The translations under genes were made by a program, and so were the position numbers. Source: a virus. Taken from it: a DNA stretch of 64,000 nucleotides. The stretch spans positions 1-64,000 of the IMG/VR virus record IMGVR_UViG_3300044630_004371. The stretch is one strand, 5' to 3'. Below the pieces are notes generated by a model that saw only the letters and a program-made list of their open reading frames with translations, searched no databases and was not told where the DNA came from. This document shows positions 10,462 through 20,982 of this stretch, piece by piece. Numbering within the stretch: the stretch's first letter is position 1; every line of letters begins with the position of its first letter.

Positions 10462-11106
10462 ATGGGACTAATAAACGACCTCTGTATAAAATATGGTACA
10501 GACAAAAGCGACAACTTGCACAATTACGCTGAAAAATATGAAAAATACTTTTCAGCTTACAAAGATAAAGAATTGAAAATTTTAGAAATCGGTATTTTTA
10601 ATGGGTTTTCGCTAAAAACTTGGGAAGAATATTTTGTAAAATCAAAAATATACGGTATAGATATTATTGACTGTTCAAGAATGAATACTGATAGAATTAA
10701 AACGTTTGTTTGTGACCAAACAAATTTAGAAGAGCTAAAAAAAATTAATGATATGTATGGTCCATTTGATATTATTATTGATGATGGTTCACATAAAAGC
10801 AAAGACATGAAAAAAACGTTTGATTTTCTATTTCCATTACTAAACAACAATGGTTTATATGTAGTTGAAGATTTGCATTGTTGTTATTGGGATATCTTCA
10901 GCCCAAATGAAACTGATTTTATGGATAGGCTTAAAGAACTATTAGATATCGTTAATTCTAACGGTAAATGTGGTTTAGCTGAATTAAAAAACATATCCAA
11001 GGACCATTTCTATCAAGATAAAGTTTTAGGTGAAATGACTTGGTTTGAAATGAATGTAGCATTTATTAACTTATATAAAAGCATTGTTTTTATTGGTAAA
11101 AACTAA
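10462..11106 (+). CDS. Class I SAM-dependent (sugar O-)methyltransferase
   Basis: GTDK...HNY, LEIGI, GIDI, DIIIDDGSH, YVVEDL. Confidence 0.85.
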   Translation: MGLINDLCIKYGTDKSDNLHNYAEKYEKYFSAYKDKELKILEIGIFNGFSLKTWEEYFVKSKIYGIDIIDCSRMNTDRIKTFVCDQTNLEELKKINDMYGPFDIIIDDGSHKSKDMKKTFDFLFPLLNNNGLYVVEDLHCCYWDIFSPNETDFMDRLKELLDIVNSNGKCGLAELKNISKDHFYQDKVLGEMTWFEMNVAFINLYKSIVFIGKN

Positions 11107-11140
11107 ATAACATAATAACAAAAATAAAAAGAAAAAACAG

Positions 11141-11758
11141 ATGAAAATAGCTGAAATTTTATTAAAGTACAAGACAGACAAAAATTATGGAACAATTAAA
11201 AATATCTATGATGATTTATATAGATGGAATATTGTTGATAACCCAGAACCTTGTATCGGTCATTCATATGGTTTATCGTATGATGAAATATTCGAAAAAT
11301 TTGATAGAAACGCCCCAATTAATTTTTTAGAAATTGGTATACAAAAGGGTGGTAGTTTATGTGCGTGGAAAGACTACTTCCAAAATGGAAATATATATGG
11401 TATTGATATTATAGATTGTATATTAGATGAATATAGAAGACCAGATTTTAATTATATAATTTCTGACATCAAAAACCCTTCACTTAAAGAAACACTTAAA
11501 GATGTAATGTTTGATATTATTATTGACGATGGAAGTCATCATCTAAATGATGTTATGTTTGTAGTTAACAATTATTTAGATAAACTTAATAAAGGAGGTT
11601 TTTTAATAATAGAAGATTGTCAACAACCAGAACATTGGCTTAGTTATGTAAAACCTTTGATACCTAATGGGTATGAGCTTACAACTAGAGATTTAAGACA
11701 TGATACGCAGTATTCTTCTTACGATAACTTTTTAATAGTAATTGAAAGAAAGGCATGA
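11141..11758 (+). CDS. Class I SAM-dependent methyltransferase (paralog of preceding gene)
   Basis: TDK, LEIGIQKGGSL, DIIIDDGSH, IIED. Confidence 0.85.
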   Translation: MKIAEILLKYKTDKNYGTIKNIYDDLYRWNIVDNPEPCIGHSYGLSYDEIFEKFDRNAPINFLEIGIQKGGSLCAWKDYFQNGNIYGIDIIDCILDEYRRPDFNYIISDIKNPSLKETLKDVMFDIIIDDGSHHLNDVMFVVNNYLDKLNKGGFLIIEDCQQPEHWLSYVKPLIPNGYELTTRDLRHDTQYSSYDNFLIVIERKA

Positions 11759-12351
11759 AAAAATATGATGTTATCATATCTAGATATAATGAAGATGTTT
11801 CATGGGTTAAAGAATTAGATTCAAATAAATTCAACATTAAACTTTACAACAAAGGTGAACAAAACATTGAAATTGAATCAATATCTTTGGAAAATTTTGG
11901 AAGAGATGGTCATACTTTCATAAATTATATTGTAGAAAATTATAACAATTTACCAGATTATGTTATTTTTCTACAAGGCAAACCGTTTGACCATTGTAAA
12001 AATGTGTTTGAAATGATTAAAAATCATACCGATGAACCCTACGTATGTTTATCAGACCATGTTATTGATGAGAATATTAATGGTTGGTATGAGCATTTGG
12101 TTGAAAAAGACTCATCAATGCCATTTCCAAACATGAAAAGATTTAGATTAAAAGAAACAGCCAACGCAATTTTAGGTTCAGAAACACCAGAAAAATGTAC
12201 GTTTGCTGCTGGTCAACAATACATTATTAATAAAAATTACATTTTAAATCGTTCCCATGATTTCTATAAAGTAATTCTAGAACGATTTAAAATTGATTTC
12301 GTTTTGCCATGGCACGTTGAAAGGTTATGGTTTAACATTCTTAAATTTTAA
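11755..12351 (+). CDS. DUF3431-like protein
   Basis: ISRYNEDVSW, YNKG, NFGRDGHTFINYIVENY..LPD..IFLQG.PFDH, ERLW. Confidence 0.75.
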   Translation: MKKYDVIISRYNEDVSWVKELDSNKFNIKLYNKGEQNIEIESISLENFGRDGHTFINYIVENYNNLPDYVIFLQGKPFDHCKNVFEMIKNHTDEPYVCLSDHVIDENINGWYEHLVEKDSSMPFPNMKRFRLKETANAILGSETPEKCTFAAGQQYIINKNYILNRSHDFYKVILERFKIDFVLPWHVERLWFNILKF

Positions 12352-12358
12352 AATATAG

Positions 12359-13297
12359 GTGAAAAATAATTACAAAATAGTTGCAATAACGCCATCTGGA
12401 CGTAGAAATTATCTAGAAATTTTATATAAATATATGTGTAAAAACAAACACATATTAGATAGATGGGATTTATGGGTTAATACTGAAAACTCTGAGGATT
12501 TAGAGTATATGAAAAACTTATCTAATAACGATTCATTTGTTAATTTGGTTTACCCGACTTGGCCATATTATAGAGATTGTCCTAATTTATCGCTAGCACC
12601 GTTCTGGTCTAAAGCAACAGATGAAGATACAATTTATGTTAGGTTTGATGACGATGTTGTCTTTGTTGCTGATAATACAATAGAAAATTTGGTTAACTTT
12701 AGACTTGAACATGAAGAATATTTTTTTATATACCCATTTATTATAAATAACCCTTTTCATTCAAAAATTTTACAAGACAGGGGGTTGATTGATAATAGAC
12801 ATGGTATTATTAGAACACATAAAGAACTAGCAATGTTAGGTCCTAGTGACCCTGTAGCGTTAACTAACCCATCTTTTGCTAGATATTTACACGAAACCTT
12901 CATAGATAGTTATCAAAAAGGTGACTATAACAAATTTATGTGTGATGAAAAAATAGTTTTTGAAATAGGTGACACATCATATAAATACGGCACCAACAAA
13001 ACAAGCGAATTAGTCACAGATGGCGGCCCACAAGTATCAATAAATTGTGTTTGTTGGTTTGGTCATACATTCAAAAAAATATGCCCAATAAATGATTGTT
13101 ACTTTGAAGGTAACTCTGACCAGTCTGAACTGACTGATGAAGAAGCGTATTTAACCATAGTTAAAACTAAAGATTTAGGTATGCCATCATGTACCGCACC
13201 AAATACATTGGTATCTCATTTTTTATTTGGCCCTCAAAGAAGACATGATGGGATGATTGATATATTACAAAAATACAAAGACATTTCAAATGTATGA
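12359..13297 (+). CDS. Putative glycosyltransferase
   Basis: TPSGRRNYLEIL, YVRFDDDVVF (DxD-type), SINCVCW; GTG start. Confidence 0.6.
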   Translation: MKNNYKIVAITPSGRRNYLEILYKYMCKNKHILDRWDLWVNTENSEDLEYMKNLSNNDSFVNLVYPTWPYYRDCPNLSLAPFWSKATDEDTIYVRFDDDVVFVADNTIENLVNFRLEHEEYFFIYPFIINNPFHSKILQDRGLIDNRHGIIRTHKELAMLGPSDPVALTNPSFARYLHETFIDSYQKGDYNKFMCDEKIVFEIGDTSYKYGTNKTSELVTDGGPQVSINCVCWFGHTFKKICPINDCYFEGNSDQSELTDEEAYLTIVKTKDLGMPSCTAPNTLVSHFLFGPQRRHDGMIDILQKYKDISNV

Positions 13298-14384
13298 TTT
13301 TGTAATTGTTGGTTCTGGATTTTTTGGTGCTATTTGTGCTAGAGAATTAACAGATTTGGGTCACAAATGTTTGGTACTGGAAAATAGAAACCATATTGGT
13401 GGTAATTGCTATACCGAGAATAGAGATGGTATAAACATACACAAATATGGTCCGCACATATTCCACACTTCAAACGAAGAAGTTTGGGGATGGATTAACA
13501 AATATGCTGAATTTAATGATTTTACTTTTAGGCCAGTAGCAAATTATAAAGGTGAAATCTATTCACTACCATTTAATATGTGGACGTTTTCAAAATTATT
13601 TAATGTGGTGTCACCAAACGATGCTAAAAAAATAATAGAAACGCAAACAACTACAATTACTGACCCTAAAAATTTAGAAGAACAAGCCATAAAATTAGTT
13701 GGATATGACGTTTATGAAAAATTAATAAAGGGATACACAACTAAACAATGGAAAAAAGACCCGAAATTACTACCGAAAGAAATCATTAAACGATTACCAG
13801 TAAGGTTTACTTATGATAACAATTATTTTAATGATAAATATCAAGGTATTCCTATTGGTGGTTACACTGAAATATTTAAAAAGTTGTTGGATGGTATTGA
13901 CGTTAAATTAGAAAATGATTACCTTTGTAATAAAGAATATTGGGATAATTTAGGTAAAAAAATAATCTACACAGGTCCTATTGATAAATTTTATAATTAT
14001 CAATTTGGTTATTTAGAATATAAGACAACTAATTTTGAACATAAATTTTTTAATGTTGAAAATTATCAAGGTACTTCCGTTATGAATTATACTGATTTAG
14101 ATACAAAATTTACTAGAATTATTGAACATAAACATTTTGAAAAAAATGATGTTGAAAACACTTGGGTTACATGGGAATATCCTGTGGATTATGAACCAGA
14201 AAAAACAGAACCTATGTATCCAGTTAATGATTTTGAAAACAATCTTAAATATTCAAAATATAAAGAATTAGCAAACACTGAAAAAAAAATAATTTTTGGA
14301 GGTAGATTGGCAGAATACAAATATTATGATATGCATCAAGTAATTGAATCTGCGTTGTCTACTGTTAAAAAACTAACAAAATAA
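13290..14384 (+). CDS. glf: UDP-galactopyranose mutase
   Basis: IVGSGFFG, HIGGNCY, HKYGPHIFHT, YQGIP, GRLAEYKYYDMHQ; start refined to ATG 13290. Confidence 0.95.
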   Translation: MYDFVIVGSGFFGAICARELTDLGHKCLVLENRNHIGGNCYTENRDGINIHKYGPHIFHTSNEEVWGWINKYAEFNDFTFRPVANYKGEIYSLPFNMWTFSKLFNVVSPNDAKKIIETQTTTITDPKNLEEQAIKLVGYDVYEKLIKGYTTKQWKKDPKLLPKEIIKRLPVRFTYDNNYFNDKYQGIPIGGYTEIFKKLLDGIDVKLENDYLCNKEYWDNLGKKIIYTGPIDKFYNYQFGYLEYKTTNFEHKFFNVENYQGTSVMNYTDLDTKFTRIIEHKHFEKNDVENTWVTWEYPVDYEPEKTEPMYPVNDFENNLKYSKYKELANTEKKIIFGGRLAEYKYYDMHQVIESALSTVKKLTK

Positions 14385-15232
14385 TGGAAAAAGTTTACAT
14401 CATATCTGTCTTCAACAAACACGAAGATTTTATTAAATTACAATATGATAGCATATTAAAACATGTTAAAGGTGAGTATGAATATATTATCTTTAATAAT
14501 GCTTCTGATGAAATACAAGCTAACAAAATAAAAGACATTTGTGATGACTTAAACATCCAATCTTATAGAATAAAAGTTGATTATAATATGGGTCCATCTG
14601 ATATAGCTGGTGAAGCACTTAATCAGTCATTTAATCATCTCTCAGATAAATTAGTTTTTAAAATTGATTCAGATATGTTTTTTATTTCTGACATTGAATT
14701 AACTAAAATATGTAACAATTATGATTTATTTTATATTGAAACTCAAAATAAATTTATGTGGTCAGCAGTTTTTTCAATTAATATGAAAAAAGTTAAAAAC
14801 ATAAAATTAAATTTCAGACCACATGTTATACCAAATACAGATACATTTGGTCAATCGTGTTTATTAACTGAAAATTCAGAATACACTAGAAAAAAAATGT
14901 TTTTATATTGTATTTTAACAGATGTAAACAATGAAATTAATGGGTTGATTAATAATGACTGTAGAATAACATTAAATAATTATAATTTAACATTTAACGA
15001 AAATTTTTTGTATGAAGATTTGTTTGAAAAATTACCAAACAAATATTCTAAAATATCTAAAACTATGGTTGATTATAATTTCCCACATCCATATCATATT
15101 GATTTTATTACTTTAGATGATGTTGATGTTATAATACATTTTAAATCATCAAATCATGATAACATATATCGTAACTTAGAATACACTGAAAATAAAAAAA
15201 TAGCATTAACAAAATTTTTAAATGATAATTAA
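14384..15232 (+). CDS. Putative glycosyltransferase
   Basis: FIKLQY, IDSDMFF (DxD) motif; cluster context. Confidence 0.55.
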   Translation: MEKVYIISVFNKHEDFIKLQYDSILKHVKGEYEYIIFNNASDEIQANKIKDICDDLNIQSYRIKVDYNMGPSDIAGEALNQSFNHLSDKLVFKIDSDMFFISDIELTKICNNYDLFYIETQNKFMWSAVFSINMKKVKNIKLNFRPHVIPNTDTFGQSCLLTENSEYTRKKMFLYCILTDVNNEINGLINNDCRITLNNYNLTFNENFLYEDLFEKLPNKYSKISKTMVDYNFPHPYHIDFITLDDVDVIIHFKSSNHDNIYRNLEYTENKKIALTKFLNDN

Positions 15233-16144
15233 ATGATAACAACAAATCTAACAGGTAATTTGGGTAACCACATGTGGCAATATGCTGTATGTAGAACCAT
15301 AGCTGAAAAACTTGGATATGAATGGGGTATAAACCCAAGCCCAAGTCATGATTATTTTAATGGTAAAAACCAAATGACGTTTATGAACGTTGATTTTGGT
15401 AAACCAGTTGAAGGTATAACAAAAGAATTCCATGAAACATGGAAAGTTTTTTCGCATGTTGACGATGTTAATATCACAATGCTAGACCCTAAACTATACG
15501 AAATAGAAGATAATTCAATTATGCTAGGTCATAATGGGGCCAAAGGAGGTATATACCAATCTGAAGATTACATCATAGATAGAAAAGAAGATATTAAAAA
15601 ATGGTTTGAAATTAAATCTGAATCCAAACAAACTTATGATAAAATATTAAGTGATATGGGGATTAGTTTGGATGAGAATTTATGTGTTATTAATTTTAGA
15701 GGTGGTGAGTACAGAAGCATACCTAATGTTTTACTAAGAAAAGAATATTGGAAAAACGCCATCAATCATATGTTAAATATTAACCCTAGTATGAAATTTT
15801 TATTGATTACCGATGATGTACAATGTGCAAATAGCTTCATGCCTTTTCAAATTCAAGCAATACATGTAGATGTTGGTTTTGATTATTACGTTGTTAATCA
15901 AGCAAAATGGTTAATAATATCAAATTCAACATTTGGTTGGTGGGCAGCTTGGTTAAATGAAAAAGTTGAAAAAATAATTGCTCCTAAACATTGGTCTAGA
16001 CATAACGTTAGTGATGGTTATTGGGCGACTGGTGACGCTTACACCAGATGTTTCACATATATGGATAGAGAAGGTAATTTATCTGATTATGAAACGTGTA
16101 AAACTGAAGCAATAAATTATTATAAAAACAAAAACTTGATATGA
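15233..16144 (+). CDS. Alpha-1,2-fucosyltransferase-like (GT11), second copy
   Basis: GNLGNHMWQY, NFRGGEY, SNSTFGWWAAWL. Confidence 0.8.
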   Translation: MITTNLTGNLGNHMWQYAVCRTIAEKLGYEWGINPSPSHDYFNGKNQMTFMNVDFGKPVEGITKEFHETWKVFSHVDDVNITMLDPKLYEIEDNSIMLGHNGAKGGIYQSEDYIIDRKEDIKKWFEIKSESKQTYDKILSDMGISLDENLCVINFRGGEYRSIPNVLLRKEYWKNAINHMLNINPSMKFLLITDDVQCANSFMPFQIQAIHVDVGFDYYVVNQAKWLIISNSTFGWWAAWLNEKVEKIIAPKHWSRHNVSDGYWATGDAYTRCFTYMDREGNLSDYETCKTEAINYYKNKNLI

Positions 16145-17001
16145 AAATATACGATGCTTTTCTATTCTTTAATGAATTAGAATTACTAGAGATGAGAATG
16201 AATATTTTAAACGATGTTGTTGATTATTTTGTTGTTGTCGAATCAACAATAACATTTAGCTCTAAACCTAAACAATTATTATTTCATGAAAACAGACACT
16301 TATTTGATAAGTTTAATGATAAGATAATCCATGTGATTATTGATGATTCACCAAATAGTTTTTTGAAAATAAATTATATTGATAACCCTAAAACTGATAG
16401 TGAAATATTAAAAAATAAAATTTTAAAACATGTTGATGAATCACCAAATTGGCCAAGACATGAAACACAATGGGGTGTTGAAACATATCAACGTGAATCA
16501 ATAATTAAAGGGTTGGTTAATTGTAATGATGATGATATGGTTATAATATCTGATATTGATGAAATCCCTAATCCAATTGAAATACAAAAAATTAAAAATG
16601 TTAATGACGATGTTTTTAATTTTAACCAAAACATGTATTATTATTACGTAAACATGTTAAAGGAACAAAATTGGTCTGGTCCTAAAGCTTGTACTTGGGG
16701 AAAACTAAAAACAATATCTTTGAATAGTTTAAGACAAAATAAACACACAACAAAAACAATATCTGATGGTGGTTGGCATTTTAGCTTTATGGGTGGTGAA
16801 GCCAAAATAATTGAAAAAATAGAAGCTTATGCTCATCAAGAATTTAATAAACCATATTATAAAGATAATGTTAAAAATAATATAATGTCAAACAATGACC
16901 CATTTTTTAGAGGTGGGTTAACACATGTAAAAATAGATGAATCATATCCGAAATATTTGCTAGAAAATCTAGAAAAATATGAACATATGGTTAAAAAATA
17001 A
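16141..17001 (+). CDS. GT17 family (beta-1,4-N-acetylglucosaminyltransferase-like)
   Basis: YDAFLFFNELELLEMR, VVVES..TF, SDIDEIP, GGWHFSF, AHQE. Confidence 0.85.
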   Translation: MKIYDAFLFFNELELLEMRMNILNDVVDYFVVVESTITFSSKPKQLLFHENRHLFDKFNDKIIHVIIDDSPNSFLKINYIDNPKTDSEILKNKILKHVDESPNWPRHETQWGVETYQRESIIKGLVNCNDDDMVIISDIDEIPNPIEIQKIKNVNDDVFNFNQNMYYYYVNMLKEQNWSGPKACTWGKLKTISLNSLRQNKHTTKTISDGGWHFSFMGGEAKIIEKIEAYAHQEFNKPYYKDNVKNNIMSNNDPFFRGGLTHVKIDESYPKYLLENLEKYEHMVKK

Positions 17002-17146
17002 ACCTTGGTTATAATGGTAAAGTAAAAAACCACTTTTATAGCTATAAATTCGCCACTTTTGAAAAGACATAGTGGAAAATAACAAAATGGTTTTAAAATA
17101 ATCATCCAAATGTGAAACGTTAAGATATTTATTATAAAACACATGC

Positions 17147-17965
17147 ATGAGTAAAAAACCGTCTACTACTAGCAGAGCTAAAAAAAACGAAGATGTTTCA
17201 GATATTGTTACGGGTTTTAACAATAATCTACTTTCCACTTTAAAATTTGACATCAAGCATAAAAACGAAACTCAAAAGAAACTCACTCAATCCATCAAGA
17301 AAAACGATGTCACTATTTGTACTGGCCCAGCTGGTACTGGTAAAACTCTTTTGAGCGTATTTGAAGCACTCGAACTCCTTAAAACACAACCAAATAAATA
17401 CAAACAAATCAAATTGGTTAAATCAATTACCCAACTTAGAAATGAAGATATGGGTATTTTACCAGGTGACGAAAAAGAAAAGCTTAAGTTCCATATGATG
17501 TCTTTTATGGATGCTTTTTATAAACTAATAGGTGAACCCAACACCAACAAGTTAATTGAAGCAAATTTAATAAATTTTGAGGTTTTTGGTTCCATCCGTG
17601 GTAGGTCTTTTGAGAATGTTATAATAATTGTTGACGAGTTCCAAAACATCAGCCACGACAACGCCAAGACGTTTCTTACAAGGTTTTCAGAAAACACCAA
17701 AACTATAATCTTAGGTGATTGTGAACAAATCGACATCAAAAACAAAAAAGATAGTTCACTTGAACGTTTGGTTAATAGAGTTAAAAAATCACCAGTTGAT
17801 GGGGTAGGTGTTGTAGAGTTTAACGAAACCGATATTGTAAGACACAGATTAACCAGTTATTTTATCAATATATTCAAAGAACCAATTGAAGAACCAAAAG
17901 AAATAAGGGTTGTTACACCTAAAAAATTAAACTGGAAAGAAAAATTTTTAAAATTTTTTAATTAA
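17147..17965 (+). CDS. phoH: PhoH-like ATPase
   Basis: GPAGTGKT, GILPG, IRGRSF, DEFQN, LTRF, GD..QID, IVRH. Confidence 0.9.
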   Translation: MSKKPSTTSRAKKNEDVSDIVTGFNNNLLSTLKFDIKHKNETQKKLTQSIKKNDVTICTGPAGTGKTLLSVFEALELLKTQPNKYKQIKLVKSITQLRNEDMGILPGDEKEKLKFHMMSFMDAFYKLIGEPNTNKLIEANLINFEVFGSIRGRSFENVIIIVDEFQNISHDNAKTFLTRFSENTKTIILGDCEQIDIKNKKDSSLERLVNRVKKSPVDGVGVVEFNETDIVRHRLTSYFINIFKEPIEEPKEIRVVTPKKLNWKEKFLKFFN

Positions 17966-18014
17966 TCGTTTATTTTTGCTTTACTTATTAACATTTAACC
18001 ATTAAATTGGTTAT

Positions 18015-18623
18015 ATGAAAATAGGAATTAGTATAAATGAGGTATTACGAGACTTTATCGGTCAGTTTGCTTACACCTATGACAAGTATGTTGCCGAAAC
18101 AAAACTTACTGTTAAAGATGTAACCAGCTTTGATTTGATAGAGTTTTTTAAATTTGAAAACATTGATAAATTTAATAGTTTCCTTTATTTGGAGGCACCT
18201 CTAGAAATATTTGGTCATGCAGACCAATTACACGATGGTTTAATCAACCATTTAAACGAATTTTTAATGGATATTGAAGACGAAGGTGAACACGAAATTG
18301 AAATTGTTAGCCGAGAAGTAAATAAAGCCATACCATCAACCCTTTTCTTTTTATCAAAAACAGGGGCTAGACCCACTAATATTAGATTTGTCAAAACCTA
18401 TGAAAAAAAATGGGATGATTTGGATGTTTTAATTACGGCAAATCCTAAAGCTCTAGAATGTAAACCATCTGATAAAATAAGTGTAAAGGTAAAAACAAAT
18501 TACAACACAGATGTTAAAGCTGATTATGAAATAGATTCAATACTTGACTTCATAAAAGATGAAGAACTTAGAAAAAATATATTGAAAAAAACAATAACAA
18601 CAACTTACGAAGAAATCCAATAA
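18015..18623 (+). CDS. 5'(3')-deoxyribonucleotidase/HAD-like protein with degenerate motif I
   Basis: MKIGISINEVLRDF resembles IGIDxDGVLxDF with the Asp residues replaced. Confidence 0.45.
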   Translation: MKIGISINEVLRDFIGQFAYTYDKYVAETKLTVKDVTSFDLIEFFKFENIDKFNSFLYLEAPLEIFGHADQLHDGLINHLNEFLMDIEDEGEHEIEIVSREVNKAIPSTLFFLSKTGARPTNIRFVKTYEKKWDDLDVLITANPKALECKPSDKISVKVKTNYNTDVKADYEIDSILDFIKDEELRKNILKKTITTTYEEIQ

Positions 18624-18624
18624 T

Positions 18625-18981
18625 ATGATAGAATTCGGTGGAACTGTTTATTATATTGATTTGGGGGTTTTAGACAAAATTCTAACCCCAACTGGTGTCA
18701 AGCCAAATGATATAATAAAAACAAATGAAAAGAAAATAATTAAAGATGGTGAGGGTAGTATTATAAGTATTGAAGAATACGAAACATCCGCATTAAGAGG
18801 TAAAGAAATTGATGCTGCAAAATTTGAAGTAATTAGAACAATGTTTGAAATTATCTTGGATTACGAAGATGAATCAGATACTTCTTTAGGTGCTGAAAGA
18901 GCTTTAGATAAAACACCGTTTTCATATAAATTAGCCTTCAACACCTTATACAATTACGGAATAATAAAAGAAAAAGAATAA
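18625..18981 (+). CDS. Hypothetical protein
   Basis: ORF tightly packed in operon. Confidence 0.7.
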   Translation: MIEFGGTVYYIDLGVLDKILTPTGVKPNDIIKTNEKKIIKDGEGSIISIEEYETSALRGKEIDAAKFEVIRTMFEIILDYEDESDTSLGAERALDKTPFSYKLAFNTLYNYGIIKEKE

Positions 18982-19002
18982 CAAAACCAAAAAAAACAAA
19001 AA

Positions 19003-20160
19003 ATGGCAGAAAATTTAAAACAATTCGAAGACCAAATCAACCAAGCCAAAGGGGTTATAAAAAAATTAGAAGATAAAGATTTTAGTTTATACTTTTTTAC
19101 CTTGGACACCAAAGGCAACCCAACAGCTGGTATTGCTAACATTTACGAACACGTAAAATTGTTAAATGAATTAGGATATAAAGCAAGTATTCTTCATGAA
19201 AAAAATGATTACAAATTAAAAGGGGATGCAAATGGACAAGGTATTTCAGATTGGTTAGGTGAAGAATACGCTTCATTACCTCACGCATCAATTGAAGGTC
19301 AACAATTGAACATTAGCCCAGCTGATTTCATTGTCATCCCAGAAATCTTTTCTAACATAATGGACCAAGTTAAAAATTTCCCATGTAAAAAAATCGTGTT
19401 TTCACAAAGTTATGATTATTTATTGGAACTTTTACCTATCGGCAAGAGATGGAATACTGATTATGGTTTTTTTGACGTTATCACAACAAGTTTAAAACAA
19501 GCTAGATATGTTAATAATCTATTCCCATCAATTAGAACACATGTTATTCCAGTATCTATCCCTAGTTATTTTACCAATAGCGATAAACCTAAAATTCCAG
19601 TAGTTACTATGGTTACAAGAAATCAAGGTGATGCCGCTAAGATTGCTAAGTCTTTTTATTTGCAATTTCCAGTATACAAGTGGATTACGTTCAAAGAGTT
19701 AAGAGGATTACCTAGAAAACAATTTGCTGCTGAATTAGCTAAATCGTGTTTGGCTGTTTGGGTTGATGAACAATCTGGATTTGGTACTTTCCCATTAGAA
19801 GCTATTGAATGTGGTACACCCGTTATCGGTAAGATGCCAAATCTTATCCCAGAATGGATGGAAAACAAAGATGTTGAAGGAAACTATTCAATAAAAAACA
19901 ATGGTGTGTGGACCAACACAACAATCAATATCCCAGAACTTATTGCAACATATATCAAAGTTTGGTTAGAGGATTCAGTTCCTAGTGATATGATTGATAG
20001 CATTAATGAAAGCAAAGGTCAATACACTAGCGAAAAACAAAAAGAAACCTTATCAACTGTTTATGATAATTTGTTACAATCAAGAATAAGTGAATTTAAT
20101 AACATGATTTCTAACTTAGAAGCACAAGCTAAAGAAGCTTCAGAAAAAACTAACGCCTAA
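19003..20160 (+). CDS. GT-B fold (GT4-like) glycosyltransferase
   Basis: AGIANIYEHV..LNELGY, DFIVIPE, SGFGTFPLEAIECGTPVIG. Confidence 0.75.
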   Translation: MAENLKQFEDQINQAKGVIKKLEDKDFSLYFFTLDTKGNPTAGIANIYEHVKLLNELGYKASILHEKNDYKLKGDANGQGISDWLGEEYASLPHASIEGQQLNISPADFIVIPEIFSNIMDQVKNFPCKKIVFSQSYDYLLELLPIGKRWNTDYGFFDVITTSLKQARYVNNLFPSIRTHVIPVSIPSYFTNSDKPKIPVVTMVTRNQGDAAKIAKSFYLQFPVYKWITFKELRGLPRKQFAAELAKSCLAVWVDEQSGFGTFPLEAIECGTPVIGKMPNLIPEWMENKDVEGNYSIKNNGVWTNTTINIPELIATYIKVWLEDSVPSDMIDSINESKGQYTSEKQKETLSTVYDNLLQSRISEFNNMISNLEAQAKEASEKTNA

Positions 20161-20175
20161 TTAAACAAAAATACA

Positions 20176-20982
20176 ATGGAAAATAAAACAAAAACTGACA
20201 TTAGCGTAATACTACCAGTGCACGAATTGAACGATGAAACTAAAACGCTTTTTAATAACGCAGTAGAAAGCGTTAAGCTACAAATAGTAAGACCAGACGA
20301 ATTGGTTATTGTGGTACCTAAAGATAGCGAAGTAGCCACTTATGTCAAATCACTAGATTTTGGTGATTTTACTTCAAACATAACAATTGCTGAAAACGAT
20401 GGCGAAACTGACTTTCCTAGTCAAGTTGATTTTGGTGTGAAAACTTCTAAATCGGATTGGTTTAGCATCTTAGAATTTGATGATGAATATGCAAACATTT
20501 GGTTTAAAAATGTTATTAAATACAGAGCGGCTCATACCGATGTTGAAATCTTTATGCCTATCGTTGTAGATGTTGATGCTACAGGTCAATTTATTGGTCT
20601 TACCAATGAAGCCGTTTGGGCTCAAAGTTTTTCAGATGAATTAGGTATTTTGGATAACAACGCTTTATTGGCTTACCAAAACTTTAATATTGATGGTATG
20701 GTAATGAAAAAATCAGTGTATGAAACATTCGGAGGGTTTAAATCAAGCATCAAATTAACTTTTATTTATGAGTTTTTATTACGTATGACTTTTAAAGCTG
20801 TTAAAACAATGGTTATTCCAAGATTTGGATATAAACATGTTAACCAAAGACCAAATTCATTGTTTTCTTCTTATAACCAAACACTTAACCCTACAGAAGC
20901 TAGATGGTGGTTAGCACAGGCTAAAAAAGAATACTACTTTGCTAAAGATAGAAAAATAACGTATATTGAACAAACAGCTTAA
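20176..20982 (+). CDS. Glycosyltransferase family 2
   Basis: ISVILPVH, AVESV..Q, LEFDDEY, FGGF, EFLLR. Confidence 0.75.
   Translation: MENKTKTDISVILPVHELNDETKTLFNNAVESVKLQIVRPDELVIVVPKDSEVATYVKSLDFGDFTSNITIAENDGETDFPSQVDFGVKTSKSDWFSILEFDDEYANIWFKNVIKYRAAHTDVEIFMPIVVDVDATGQFIGLTNEAVWAQSFSDELGILDNNALLAYQNFNIDGMVMKKSVYETFGGFKSSIKLTFIYEFLLRMTFKAVKTMVIPRFGYKHVNQRPNSLFSSYNQTLNPTEARWWLAQAKKEYYFAKDRKITYIEQTA

Noticed and set aside
17002-17146. Structured RNA in the intergenic region before phoH
   Set aside because: Only short, AT-rich complementarities, expected by chance.
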